This document shows, in pieces, positions 46,677 to 59,884 of a stretch of 64,000 bases of DNA. The position numbers and the translations under genes are program-made. Position 1 is the stretch's first letter. Each line of letters begins with the position of its first letter. The notes below the pieces were generated by a model. The model saw nothing but the letters and a program-made list of their open reading frames with translations. It did no database searches and was not told the DNA's origin. Source of the stretch: Phoronis australis (Eukaryota > Animalia > Phoronida); the NCBI GenBank assembly GCA_002633005.1, contig NMRA01000327.1, forward strand, positions 438,407-502,406, in the 5' to 3' direction.

Positions 46677-47769
46677 TGCATGATAAAATATTTGTTAGAC
46701 TCCTCATTCTTATTTATTTATTTATCAACCACATACATACCTGTTCTCAGGAAACTTTGAATCAGATGTATGAGGGATTTTTTTTGAAATGTCTGGTTAA
46801 ATATTGAGTCTCAAAATTTAGGTGTTTTGTTTCTTGTTTTTGTAGTATCTAATACTCATGTAATGTGGACCAACAGAAAGGGAATGTTCTTTTCCATGAA
46901 GTGCGCACATTTTGTTAAGTTTGTGAACATTACATACTGTGCATACAAATATATTGTCATTATGCTTGTTGTGTATAGCAATTCTGTGCTGTGTTCTGTA
47001 AGACGCTCACAAGATAAGCTAGTGTGATCACATGCTTAGTTTGTATTGCATAATTTCTTGCAAAATCTTGTATTTTGTGATATTTTTGAGCCTCCGCAAT
47101 ACAGCCCTAAGTGTAGGCTTGACAAGCTCATCCACTCAATCTGTGTCATCGTTGCATAGTGCCCAAACCACTCTTCAACTCAGGCAGCATGACAGCGTAA
47201 GGATGGGATATTTTTATCCTTAATATTTTACTTACTGTAAAAGTGCTATTCTTTGGTTTCTTGAGGTGAATTTTTCTACCTGATAAAATTTATTGAAGCT
47301 TTACTTGATGCAGTGACTTGACTATAGTCCTCAGCTCTCTGTGTTTTCTTGTTCTTTTTTTATTAGATTTTTTTTTATTCTTACTTTATTTGTGGATATT
47401 TTATGATGAATTGTGCTGTCAGAAAATTTGTTTTTATTATTTGCCTTATTGGTTTTCTTGTTAGGCTTTCATTGTTTCTTAGTTAGTGGACATCTGTTGT
47501 CTTGGCGATAATGTGCTTTTGGTGTGCGGGAAAATAAATTATCTAGTATCATGATGATTTTGCTTCATTTCCACTTGTCTGCTGTTCTTTCATTATGCGG
47601 ATGTGTCCATTTATTAAAAGGTGATGTGGGTAGTTCATAAATGGTATGAGTATGGTGCCGCATCCTTGCATGTGGAGTCCTGATGCTATAGAAGTTTTTT
47701 TCCTAGAACTAGAAATGAAATTTCAAACAGAAAATTGTCCTCGGAAGGTCATTTATACTCAGTGTATTA

Positions 47770-49845
47770 GCTTATCATGGGATTTCATTTATATGTGCTT
47801 TTAAAGTTGTTCAAGTTTAAGGAATATTCCAGGCTTTGGATATGTACATTTTACAATAACCCATGCAGTTGCACGCAACTCAAAATGGCTTTGTCTGAGA
47901 TCTTTCCTCTACAAAGGGGTTGTAGTCAAGATGAGCCTCTGTCACTTTATATTTTTTATTTTATGTACGGAAATCTTGTCAGTTATTATAAAACATAATA
48001 AAAATATAAAGGGGATTGATGGTACAGAGTATAAAATCACTCAGTATATGTGGAGGATACAACATTTATTGTAGACGATGAAAGTTTTGATTTTCTATGC
48101 AAATATTTCTGGTTTGAAAACTAATTATTCTAAAACAAATATCTGAGTTGGGGGAAAAAGTTTTATAAAGAGGTTTATCATCATAGACGCTAGAAATTAA
48201 AACAGGGTGTTACTAAGTTTAGGTTGTTGGGGTTGAATTTTAATGTTAATTTAGGTAACATGTTAAATGATAACTTTGATTTAAAACAATTGGAAATCGA
48301 GAGGATGCTGAACACCTGGTTTAAAAGAAAACGCACTATATTTGGTAATAAAATTGACGGTTATGAAAGCACTTGTTATTTCCAAAATTACCCATTTATT
48401 ATGTTCATTACGTAGTCCATCTCCAACCTTTTTAAATAAGGCGAGCGATTTGTTTTTCAAATTTACTTGAAATAACAAACTAGGTACAAAAAGCATCGAA
48501 GAAGGGGTTGTTAATATGATAGCCCTGGAACATTTTAATGTAGCTCTTAAATTGTGGATAAGGAGACTTTACTTCCCAATTCAAGTTGACACTACTTGTT
48601 GAGGCGGAGTTTGGTATTGCAAAGAATGAAATTTTAAAACACGGACATTTTTTCTTGACGGACTAATTTTACGTTAATAACAAATTTTGGCGTGAATGTC
48701 TAGAACAGTGGGGACATAATTTTTAATTAGAAAATGGTGTGATGACGTGGCCAAGAACGAATGCAGTATTGTTTCTGTAAATATTTTAAACAACAGTAAA
48801 ATTCTAGTAGGTGAACAACATTTTTACATGGAATCCTTTTCTAAAGAAAATTTTTATTTGCATGACATTTTGGATAGTAACGGTGCCCTCCTTTCATACT
48901 ATCAGTTATGCAGAACGAACGTAAAAGTAGATTTTTTGCGATATCTTTCTTTGGTCAGTTCAGTAAAGGCCTTTCTTGAAACAATTAATCGAACTTTTAC
49001 AAGTAGAAAAAGTTGTCGGACCAATTATTCCATTTTCATTGTCAACCCTACTTGTTGATCAACGTGGATGTAAATTTATTTTTAATGTATTAAATAAGAA
49101 TTCTCTGAAGCCTACTGCTCAGAATACGATTGAGGATGTAGGACACATTTTTGGTCCTTGTATGTGGAGGAGATTTTATGAAATTCATCATTTAAGTGTA
49201 AACGATACAAAAATATGCCAGTTTCAATACAAAGTGCTGCACAGGATCCTTTCCACAAACGCTTGGTTATTTAATATGTTGATTTTGATTCTTACACTTT
49301 CTGTATGAACGAATGTGAGACTATTGAACACTGTAGCCTGTTGTGTCGCGCTCTGTTTGGCTTGACATTGACAGCCTGTTATCAGCGAAGGTCGACTCCA
49401 AACACCATTTGGAAAAAAGACAATACTTTTTGGAACTCCGTTCAAAAAAGGAAACAAAGTACTCAGCTGGTTTCTATTGCACGCGGAATATTACATATAC
49501 ATTTCAAACATTAAAAAGAATGCCTTAACTAGTTTAAATGCTTTTTATTAAGTGTTTGAAAATAAACTTTACCTCAGAAAAGTATATTCTCAAGCAAAAA
49601 AAAAATACAAATGAACTGCGAAAATTCTGTCATTCGTGACTAAGTTATACGTTCACTGATACATGCATGTATTGCACACTTAAAATTTAGTTGAGTTGGC
49701 TTGAACTGGGTGACTGACGTGGGTATGTGTACCATATAAAGTTAAGTACCTCGGCACATATTGTTAACATTTTTTGTAATGTTATATTTGAATGTCATTG
49801 CTGCAACAGTATTGTTATTGTAATGTTATGTTTGAAGAATAAATG
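47770..49845 (+). mobile_element. 5'-truncated, heavily decayed L1/Tx1-clade LINE (RT to C-terminal zinc finger)
   Basis: Fragments QRGCSQDEPLSLYIF, IKGID, ITQY, W.KRKRTIFG, DTKICQFQYKVLHRILSTN, FC.NECETIEH; AATAAA near 49838. Confidence 0.8.
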
Positions 49846-50529
49846 GAAAACACTGAAAAGTACATTAGGGTTACAATGGGTTGTGAAGACTCTCAGTTGT
49901 TCTTGGATGCCCTAGCTCTCCGTCGAGTCATCAAGACAAAGACATGGATAGGATGTGTTCTTTGGCTTTTAATTTCGTGTGTAATGACAAAGATAAATAA
50001 AACAAAACAGAATTGAAACATAGGAACGTAGAAAATGGGCGACTCATACCCTAAATGGAATAGAATTACAAGCGTTCTCGGACAACACTTCGGAGCTTTT
50101 AATTAAAAACCATTGCATTTTTGTGCGGATATTTTTACTGTACTTACATTTTCTGAAAAGTATGCAAGACCAATGGCCCCCAGGCTTTTGAACCACAGTT
50201 GACCGGCGTTGGTTGCTCCCACGTGGACCCCAAAATGCGCAAAAAGAACACTTTGCGTATACTACTCGATGGTGTTGGTTTAGGGTAAGTTCAGAATAGA
50301 CGTGCGTTTTAACCGTGGGCATTTCCAGACCAGTCCATCTCCCCAGGCTCAAAAGCGTGCGGAAATGGCGATATTTGTAAGGGTTTGTGCATGTTAAACT
50401 GTGTGCATTTTAAACTGTGCGCATGTTAAACTGTGCGTGACAGGCTACTTTACGGAAACAAAAAGGCTCCCTGAACACTTCGTTAGCGATGGTCACCAGC
50501 TGACGAGTATACTAATTCAGTTGGTCCAC

Positions 50530-50628
50530 CCACAGGCGTCCTCAGCTTCTGATCGTCCCCAATACACTACATATAATACTACTATATGTAGTGTATTGGG
50601 GACGATCAGAAGCTGAGGACGCCTGTGG
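50530..50628. mobile_element. 99-bp perfect hairpin MITE (46-bp arms, 7-nt loop) with 6-bp flanking repeat GTCCAC
   Basis: CCACAGGCGTCCTCAGCTTCTGATCGTCCCCAATACACTACATATA and its exact reverse complement; a half copy at ~52802-52853. Confidence 0.8.
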
Positions 50629-50823
50629 GTCCACCAACCCTGAGGTCTTGAGTAGCGGGGTTCACGAGGTATCACCAAGAGTTGGCGATAAGGCGTTTAA
50701 GTACCAATATACTGAGAACCAGAAAGCTCAACAAGTTCAGATTTATTGTCATTAAAGTGCCATTTACTTGGCCACGACGTATCAAAAATCGTCCCTTGGA
50801 CACCCATGATTTGTCAGTTACAG

Positions 50824-52398
50824 CAGGCCCACAGCCAGCGCTGCGCAGGAGGTGTTTCGAATTTCTTGAACGGCGGACCTTTGATATTTTGAAAACGTCT
50901 ACACTGTGGAGTTTTCACTAAGGCCCTCAGTTGACGCAGCTTAATTAGGAGGAAGTAAGATTTGTATACACAACGTGACTCTCAGCTCTATGCTATGAGA
51001 CGGAATTAGTAATACCAGAGATGACGATGCCGTGACGATTGCAAGCAAAGAACAGGACTCAATTCGGATGCAATTTGGTCCAAAACATTCTCACGTTACT
51101 TCCTGCCAAATTGTCAAATCAGGCATGCTTAAATGAGTGATTATACCTACCAGGACAAAAATATTTAGTCGGAGACTGGTTTAACGAAATTTTTTATCTA
51201 GTTATATTTTTGCGTGTTACTTAAAAGTTGCTTATGTCGTTAGAAATGGGAACAGTCCACTACTCACCATTCGGTTCTCCATTCTGAAGATTCACTACTT
51301 CGAAAGTTCACTACTATGAAAATATCTAACTTTTTCAACTCATGCGTAATTTTTACACTTTTACATGCCTCAATGAATGATAATTCGGTTTTTAGATAAA
51401 CTGAATGGTGTACCTATACCGAAAACAACGCTCCGGTACTCTAAAATACTTTGTTTGGATTTCATGCTCATGCGAAATTGCCCGCATGTCTTACGAACAC
51501 GGAAGAATGAGAACGTTATTGCGTTTTAAAAATATGGAGTGGTAATAGTGAAGAATTATCAACCACGATACATTCATCAAATCCATGTTAAGGTGGCATC
51601 ATTTCACATCGCGACTGAAAAGTTTAGGGCCGCTGCGCCTGAACCTCACCTACCGGAACCACGCACACGGTCGAATCGAAATAAAATGTGCTTAACAGGC
51701 TACCCTTTCCCTGCCAGTCTTCACGAAATCAGAGAGCCCCATTCAGTCTTCCTAAATTTAAAACCGTTAGTCGCCGCAGCCTTATAGTTAAATGTCTGGG
51801 TTTTTGAGCAACGGCGTAGGGCTGCCTTTAGTGAACTTACGTGTACACGCCTGCATGTCAATTCACCAATCCACAATCGAAGTGGACACTGGATGAAAAA
51901 CATACCTGTATTTGACGAACACTTTCAATTCCAAATTTGAAAACGCTTGCCGTACTATGCTAGCAAGCAATCAGATAAGAAACCTACTTTCTGCTGTTTT
52001 GTTTCTTGGTCGATTTTAAGGTATTCACCCGCATTACTTTTTGGGAGCTCTCTAGCTGCTACAGTAGCTTAGCTAGGTATAGACATTTACTTCTAGACTC
52101 CAATGAGTAACATAAAGCCTCCTCCAATCGTTTGCAAGATCCTGTCGTCTACGCAAATACCACTCGGGCGAAGTTGGCCGGGTACGGTCCGATCGGATTA
52201 CGTGAAGCGCTTTGAATCAGAGGCAAATTCAAAATTTATTCTCACTCAGTTATCATTGTAGTTAGTAGTACCAGTATCTGCAACAATTTTGTTGTTGTCC
52301 ATTTGTATCTTATCTTTAACGAATAGGCTGGGGCTGGACCTTTTCCACGGAGGGTTCGATCGAACCCCTTGACCCCCCCCGCCCCGGCTACGGGCCTG
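50824..52398 (+). mobile_element. Non-autonomous hAT-like element, CAGGCCC family, copy A
   Basis: Termini CAGGCCCACAGCC / GGCTACGGGCCTG; flanks TACAG/TACAC; colinear reverse complement of 58139-63097. Confidence 0.75.
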
Positions 52399-52859
52399 TA
52401 CACCCAAGGTAATTGTAACGATCAGATTTTTTGGAAATTCAAATAAATGCGACAATGGCAAACTAAGAAATAACTTAACTCAGCGCACACTTGCTACACG
52501 CTACGACGGAAGTAGCGACATCGTGACTTTACACGACAAAGCGTCAATTTCCGTACCGTCCTTGACCTCGACGGGCCCAGGGAGGACGTGTGTGGGGGCT
52601 TTTTGTGAACATTTTTGTTCTTTGACTGCGAATTTCTTACGAAGTCGCCGTAACAGGACACCGTGAATGGTATTGGGAGAAAGAACAATTCTTCATGTTT
52701 TGTTGAACCCCTGTTTTGTGTAAATTTATTGAGTTTTATGTTTGCTATGGACGGCTGAAGTGAAGCACCCGTGGAATTTCTAGTCGGGAGTGTCATACCC
52801 TGTAGTATTATATGTAGTGTATTGGGGACGATCAAAAGCTGAGGACGCCTGTGGTTGAA

Positions 52860-54360
52860 CTGAACAAAGGAAATATGGGCAACCAATGAGTTGTCGCGTA
52901 GAGAAATGTATGAATACAAAAGTAAGCCCTTGAGGCTATAAATAGAGATGAGTAATGCAAAATAAACCCTAAGGACTGGTATCAAAATAAAGAGACAAAT
53001 ATCAAAATAACGACGATAAATACATTTAACAAGTTAAATTTAATTTATCGTAATCAATTTTGCCCGGGGTACGCCACGAGCTATGTTGCAGAATAAAACA
53101 AGAGGAGGGTTGCGAATATTGTCATTTATTAAGACGTAAATAGATAAAACTAACGGCTAAGACTCTGCAAGATGGGCATGGACAAAACGCCATAATGGCA
53201 GCACGGGAATGCTGACATCGCCCATCTGAGGAAGCGGAACCCGGGCAATAACAAGGTTAGACTATGATAAAATATAGGTACTAATAACGGTATAACAGAA
53301 AACTAGAATACATAAGTCTAGAATATAAAAAACAAGAACATAACGAACGGGAAGTAGGGCCTAAAGGTAACTAGAACTAATGACTAGAACTTGAAGCCTG
53401 CAACTACAGACCTTGGGCCACAGGCTGCAATAACAGACCTGCGAACGGGAGGAGGCCGGCTGCAACAACAGACCTGACCTAGGGGGCTGAAACCACTCAC
53501 ACCCAGAGGAGTGGGAGGGGCTGAAAAGCAAAGTGAGAGAAGTGGGAAGCTGCAACAACAGGCTCACCAGGAGTTCAAGAAGCCTGGGGAAGAGGAAAAG
53601 CAGACATGCGAATGTAGTTTTTTAGTGCGTCAGATTTCCAGCGCCCCATGCGCTGGATCACCGGTTCAGGGACGCCACGGCTGGCCGCAGAGGTGGCGGC
53701 GCCAGTGCGAAAGCTATGAGACGTATAAGACTTGGTGTCGAGTCCTACAAAGGAAATCACTTTAGTTAACTTGGAGTTGAAGCAGGAACGTGTAACCGGT
53801 GATCCACTGAGGTGTTGGAACAAGGGGCCAGGAGAGGGCTGAAAAGTAGACAAGTACAAGTTTAGGGCAGCTACTGGGCAATGGGGAGATTGGCTGGACG
53901 GAATTGTAAGTGACACTGGTCCCGAGCTGTGCTTGAAGGTACGCATAGTGATGACCACGTAATCGCCAGAGGGGGGAAGACGACGTCGCTGACCTGTATG
54001 ACGTGGGAGGAGAGAGAGGAGGTGACTGTGAATTCACCGACCCTGAGGAAGGCATGGAAGGCTACGAGGAACATAGCACGTGCGAGAACCGAGTCGGCAA
54101 AAGAGCCGAGTGCAGAAGGGCAGGCGTCAAACAAGCGGTGAAGCAAAGCGTAAGTAATGGGCATGCGTGTGTCACAAGAAGGGCGCAGATTGGAAGTGCC
54201 TTTGAGGATTTTTTTGATGAAAAAGGAGGAAGTGGGGTCAGGGCGGTTGTCAAGCTTGTGGACAATTGAAAACTAATGGCAGAGACAAAGGACTGGATAG
54301 ACGAGCTACTAAGGCCAGATTCGAAGAGATGAGAGATGTAGAGGGCCAGGATGAACATAT
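52860..54360 (-). mobile_element. DIRS/YR retrotransposon 3' fragment including non-coding tail
   Basis: YR pseudo-ORF plus a downstream purine-skewed region; outer boundary uncertain. Confidence 0.6.
53575..54360 (-). pseudogene. Tyrosine recombinase of a DIRS-type retrotransposon, 5'-truncated, two frameshifts
   Basis: R.PIT, AFHAFLRVGE (Arg I), FKH, CPV, SHSFRTGAAT (HxxR), GRWKSDALKNYIR (W, catalytic Y). Confidence 0.88.
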
Positions 54361-54509
54361 GTAACATCAAAAATGCAATGTTTCTGGTAACTTGTAGCGC
54401 TCTAAAATTTCAGAGGCCTATATAATCATACCTTTGAAGAATTCATTGACAATGGTACAATTGACTCATCATTTGGGAACAAAATTTAATGACATATGTG
54501 GACACAAAT

Positions 54510-55597
54510 CAGTGGCGGATCTAGGATATCACAAGGGGGGGGCAACTTTCTGTCCGGCTGTAAACATTTGCGCAAACTGAACCACTATTGTAGATGCGCA
54601 TAGCACCAAATGGGGGGAGGTCGGGAGGGGGGTTTGCCCCTGTTTTGACCTCTAAAAATCAAGTATTTTCCTTGATTCCTGAAGTATTAACCAAGAAAAA
54701 AAGGCAAAAAAAAAACACGGAGAACGTGTCAAACAGGAAAAACTGCAAGTATCAAAGACTCGAACTCACGACCTTGCGCATAGAGCGCGCGTGCGTTACC
54801 ANNNNNNNNNNNNNNNNNNNNNNNNNNNNNNNNNNNNNNNNNNNNNNNNNNNNNNNNNNNNNNNNNNNNNNNNNNNNNNNNNNNNNNNNNNNNNNNNNNN
54901 NNNNNNNNNNNNNNNNNNNNNNNNNNNNNNNNNNNNNNNNNNNNNNNNNNNNNNNNNNNNNNNNNNNNNNNNNNNNNNNNNNNNNNNNNNNNNNNNNNNN
55001 NNNNNNNNNNNNNNNNNNNNNNNNNNNNNNNNNNNNNNNNNNNNNNNNNNNNNNNNNNNNNNNNNNNNNNNNNNNNNNNNNNNNNNNNNNNNNNNNNNNN
55101 NNNNNNNNNNNNNNNNNNNNNNNNNNNNNNNNNNNNNNNNNNNNNNNNNNNNNNNNNNNNNNNNNNNNNNNNNNNNNNNNNNNNNNNNNNNNNNNNNNNN
55201 NNNNNNNNNNNNNNNNNNNNNNNNNNNNNNNNNNNNNNNNNNNNNNNNNNNNNNNNNNNNNNNNNNNNNNNNNNNNNNNNNNNNNNNNNNNNNNNNNNNN
55301 NNNNNNNNNNNNNNNNNNNNNNNNNNNNNNTGGGATATCGCGGGAGAGCCTATACTTAGCCATAGTTCCGTTACGAATGCGCCGTGTTCCGAATTTGACA
55401 CTTGAAATTGGATTTGAGCCCCCCCCAACACTAAAACTGCACACATTTAAATCTTTTTTCATCCGTATACTTTTAATTACCGAGGTTAATTAATAAACTC
55501 AACATTTATTTCCCTACGCTCTTACTGTTTTATTTTTTTTGCGGCAGCCAAGGGGGGGGCCCGGGCCCCCTGGGCCCCCACCCTAAATCCGCCTATG
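54510..55597. mobile_element. hAT-like non-autonomous element, CAGTGGCGGATC family (internal gap), 5-bp TSD CAAAT
   Basis: caaat|CAGTGGCGGATCTAGG ... CCTAAATCCGCCTATG|caaat. Confidence 0.75.
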
Positions 55598-56902
55598 CAA
55601 ATACATGGAAACACCCCCATAACGTGACTGAAATTGACTGCACATGGACAAGCCGTTAAGTTTCCAAATGTTTACTATTAGAAGAACACTATTGCAATAT
55701 GTTCACACTCAATGAGAAGATTTGCTATATGGCACAGAAATTCTATTATCAACTAATGCAAACAATTTGCACTTGTCGTTGTCAAGAGACGGTGACTAGT
55801 ACATAGTTCGCTTTCGCTAGCAACAAAGACGCTAGTAATGTGAGCGATCGCCATTCAAGGTCATTTTTGTACTTTTGTACCCCGAATGTATTAAAGTTTT
55901 CGCTAACTCTGACTTTTGTAGCTAGTTGACTGACTTCAAATGACACACATCCTCTAGGGTAAGGGGCCTTTGTTCTATAGTCACATCAATTTATGGCAGA
56001 GAGTGAACGTATTTTGACATCAATTTTTGCGTAGAAGCGAACTCTGATGGTAAGAAAACAAATTAACTGCTGGCGAAAATTACTCCTTCGTAAACAGGCC
56101 GCCTGTCAGGCTAAAATCTTAACGCCTTTTATTCGTTAGTCAAAACGATCCATATAACTGGAAATGAACGAAAAAGAAAAAGTATTCGATTCCTCTGTGA
56201 ATGTGGATAGTGTCAGTGTTCAAGATAGTTGTGCTGGATCCTGGCTCTGATTTTAACGAGGAGACTGCGTGAAATGTCTGTTTGCCTAAATTGACAATTG
56301 GGTAAAAAAACGAAAATTTTGTTCATTGAATTCGCCATTTCTGAGTTTCCCGTGGTATAAGCTAAGGAAACTGAATTTTAAAAACGGACGTCTATAATGA
56401 AGCAGCTAGCTGATTGTCGTCAGAGTTCCACATAGCGAATTAAGATGAACAACTGTATAAGCATTGGTATACAGCATTAGACACTGAATAGCTCGTTGAT
56501 TACAAAATACCACCACTTTTCTCAAAATATCAGCCACCCAAAGACGTCAAACCTTAAAAATTGCCAAATTTGTCTTGCTTCAGAACACCGTATCTCGGAA
56601 ATGGCCGATCGGATTCATTTGAAACTTTCAGATATCACGCTTCGTGCAGTGTTCTGCAAAATTGTTTTAGGGATTGTTTTCAAATTGTTACACTTTCATA
56701 TGAGAAGCTATCAAAAATTAAGTTTCTTCGTGATTTTATGAACAAACTTAGACGCTAGCGTTAACAAGATCTTTGAGACTTAATGTTGAGCAATTAAATC
56801 AAATAAAATTTAATCATTGGGCTGATACCGTTGTTTAACTGTAAATGAACTTTTTTTTGCTAAATTTTACCAAAAATTCATGGTCACGTTCTCCAATTAA
56901 CG

Positions 56903-57085
56903 ACAGAGTGGTATGGAGTGATACAGGATAGTATAGAGTGTTATAGAGTGATATAGAATGGTACAGAGTGATACAAAGTGATGTAAAGTGATATAGAGTG
57001 ACATAGAGTAATACAGAGTGATATAGAGTAATATAGAGTGACATAGAGTGATATAGAGTGACATAGAGTGACATAGAGTGATATA
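56903..57085 (+). repeat. 10-bp minisatellite (AGAGTGATAT)n, ~18 units
   Basis: Directly visible tandem array. Confidence 0.9.
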
Positions 57086-57674
57086 TTAAAGTCTGAAATT
57101 AAACTCTACTGATTTTCTGCTTATGTACTTTCACAAAGTTAAATTTTAAGTTTTGTAGCTATTCGGCTAAACATACAGACTGGTCGATAAGTTTTGGCAT
57201 ATCTTTAACTTGGTAGTGCCAGCGCGGACAGCCGACTCTGTGATCGCTCACAGTGTAGCTATGAAGTCTCGCAACGCACTCGGGCTTCGCTAAGCTCTCA
57301 CAACTTGTGACTGGTAAAGTTGCCACGATTTTCAAATGCTAGAATATATTTTTGCTGAAACTACTGTCAAACTCAAAGTTGTCATCAGGTAGCGGTCTTC
57401 GTCACTAAGCGATATTACTTTTGTTATAACTTTGTTAATTTTGTCGTCCGCCCACCTAAATCATCAAATGTAAGTACGGTTTTGAGGAAATGGTGGCTGT
57501 AACTGTTTCAGACGAACAAAAAGTAATTTATTTTAGCAGATAAATTATCTCCCGATTCCGCATCGTTCATTTTCTGCTTGACGTTGTTAGTTGACAAGGC
57601 ACTAGAATTGAACCTCAACTTCTTGGGACTGGGCTTTTGCCTTCTTAAAGAAGAATCAATAGGTTTATAGCACC

Positions 57675-57900
57675 TTTTGCTGTTTTTTTTTTGCGTTCAC
57701 GTTATCAACGTTCAGGTGGTTACAGTTAATGAGCCTATATTACAATAGTCGTGTTCATTAAGAGCGTACGCTGTAAGCGGTATGCTGTCTTTTGCTGTTT
57801 TTTTGTGTTCACCTTATCAACGTTCAGGTGGCTACAGTTAATAAGCCGATATTACAATAGTCGTGTTCATTAAGAACGTACGCTGTAAGCGGTATGCTGT
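57675..57900 (+). repeat. ~113-bp tandem duplication (2 copies)
   Basis: ttttgctg...ttatcaacgttcaggtgg...gctgtaagcggtatgctgt twice. Confidence 0.8.
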
Positions 57901-58398
57901 AAGCTTTAATTTGAAGACACACTTGGTAGTTCGTTAGTCATAAGCTGTCGTTCACGTTCTTGACGTTCAGGGCGACCCATAACTATCTGCTGTTGATCGG
58001 GATTGCTGTGTGCCTATACAATGTATATGTACATAAATTTACAACGCGTGTGCCCAGGGTCCATGTAACACTCGTGTCGACAGAAATGAGCCCCTCCAAT
58101 CACATGCGTCTTCCGTTTTATAATTTGAGCTCACCACACAGGCCCTTATCCAGCGGGGGAGGGGTTAGAAGGGTTCGATCGAACCCCCCTTCCGCTACAC
58201 GGATTCAGATGGACAACAACAAAATTGTTGCAGCTACTGTTACTGCTACTGAACTACATCGGATAACTGAGTTAGTAATAATTATGAATTTGCTTCTTAT
58301 TCAAAGCGCTTCACGTAACCATCTGGCCGAACCAATTTCGCCCGAGTAGTAATTGTGTAAATAACAGGATCATGCAGACGATTAGAGGAGGTTTTAAT

Positions 58399-58532
58399 CA
58401 TGGGCGACGCACCATAGGGGGCTGGGGGACTATAGCCCCACTTTTTTCAGTTCTGCGCCGCCCATGGTCTATAGGCGGTGCACCACAGGGTGGGTGGGAG
58501 CCTCACAACTTTTTTCACTGCTGCTGCCCATG
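58399..58532. mobile_element. Small CATGGGCG-terminal MITE (two tandem units) nested in copy B
   Basis: CATGGGCG...GCCCATG termini; absent from copy A; flanks ttaat/tttat. Confidence 0.55.
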
Positions 58533-59394
58533 TTTATGTCACTCAAGGCGGCATTGAACACACGTGGCGGTTACACCGTAGGGTAACAAGGGAGTATAGA
58601 AGTAAATGTCTAAACGTAGCTAAGCTATATGGCAGCGAGAGAGCTCCCAAAAAGTAGTGCGATGTGAATGCCTTAAAATCGACCAAGAAACAAAACAGCA
58701 GAAAATAGGTTTGCCATCTGATATTGCATGTTTGCATAGTACGGTAAAGGGCAGGCGTTTTCAAATTTGGAATTGAAAGTGTTCGTCAAGTACAGGAATG
58801 TTTTTCATCCAGTGTCCACTTCGATTGTATATTGATGGATTGACACGCATGCATGTACACGTGTGTGCGTTTCCGTCCTTATAAATTCAGTAGAAGCCAA
58901 CGGTAAGTTAACTACATAGGTAGACCTCTGTCGTTGCTCAAAAACCGGAATTTAACTGTAACCGTGTTTTTCTTGCACTGAGAAAACACCGACGAAGGCA
59001 TGTTCACATTTTCGGGGAAAACTTGGTTTAGACCCAATAAAAACTTTGGCCAATTAAGATAGACTTCTCTTGTCAATAGTGTCAACGGTGCACAGCCTCA
59101 CAAACTTCATACGAGCAACTAAGTTGTTGGAAAAGATTTCCAAGGTTAGATGCCACTATTCCTAAGGTTCGCTACTTCGAAGGTCCACTACTCCGAAGGT
59201 TCGCCACCTTCGAAAGTTCACTACTTCGAATGTCCAGAACTCCGTTATCTTTTTTAAATATAAGCACAGCCCCACGAATCGCTTTCGCATTATATCCAGG
59301 TTCTAATTAACACCATTGCACGTATTCACTAGTAAGACCGAGCTCAGAGGAATGGGAGACACCCTTGGGCAATGTTCGATTGTCAGACAGTGAA

Positions 59395-59460
59395 GCCAGG
59401 ATTCGACACCCAGGTCTCCCTAACAGGAGTCCCGATCACAAACCATTCCACTGAACCACA
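59395..59460 (-). mobile_element. tRNA-derived SINE head fragment
   Basis: Minus strand TGGTTCAGTGG ... GGTGTCGAATCC box-like motifs. Confidence 0.35.
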
Positions 59461-59884
59461 CAGTTGATTACTTTGACTGTCTGCTAATGAGTCGTAACAG
59501 ACATCAATAAAGTATTGTATTTGTGTCCATTTAGTAACCATTTAAGGGTGTGAAAAGTTAAATAGTTCATAATACATTGATTACATTGTTTACAAATGAG
59601 CTCAGTTCCAATCAGTGCCAATAGTGATTCTTGAATCTCACTAACGACTCATTCTCAAGCATGGAAAACATCTGGGGCATGGGTCAGGCCTGCGGCGATC
59701 AACGGTTTTAAATTTAAGAATACTGAAAGGGCTCTCTGACTTCGTGAAGACTTCCAGGAACAGGGTAGCCTGCTAACTACATTTAATTTCAACATGGCTG
59801 TGTGCGTGGTTCCGGTAGGTGAGGTTCAGGCGCAGCGACCCTAAACTTTTCAGTCTGGCTGTGAAATGACGCAACCTTGACATG

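Noticed and set aside
53575-54360. Phage integrase or bacterial contamination
   Set aside because: Motifs (HSFRxGAAT, GRWKS, CPV) are of the DIRS-type eukaryotic YR class and the flanks are eukaryotic repeats.
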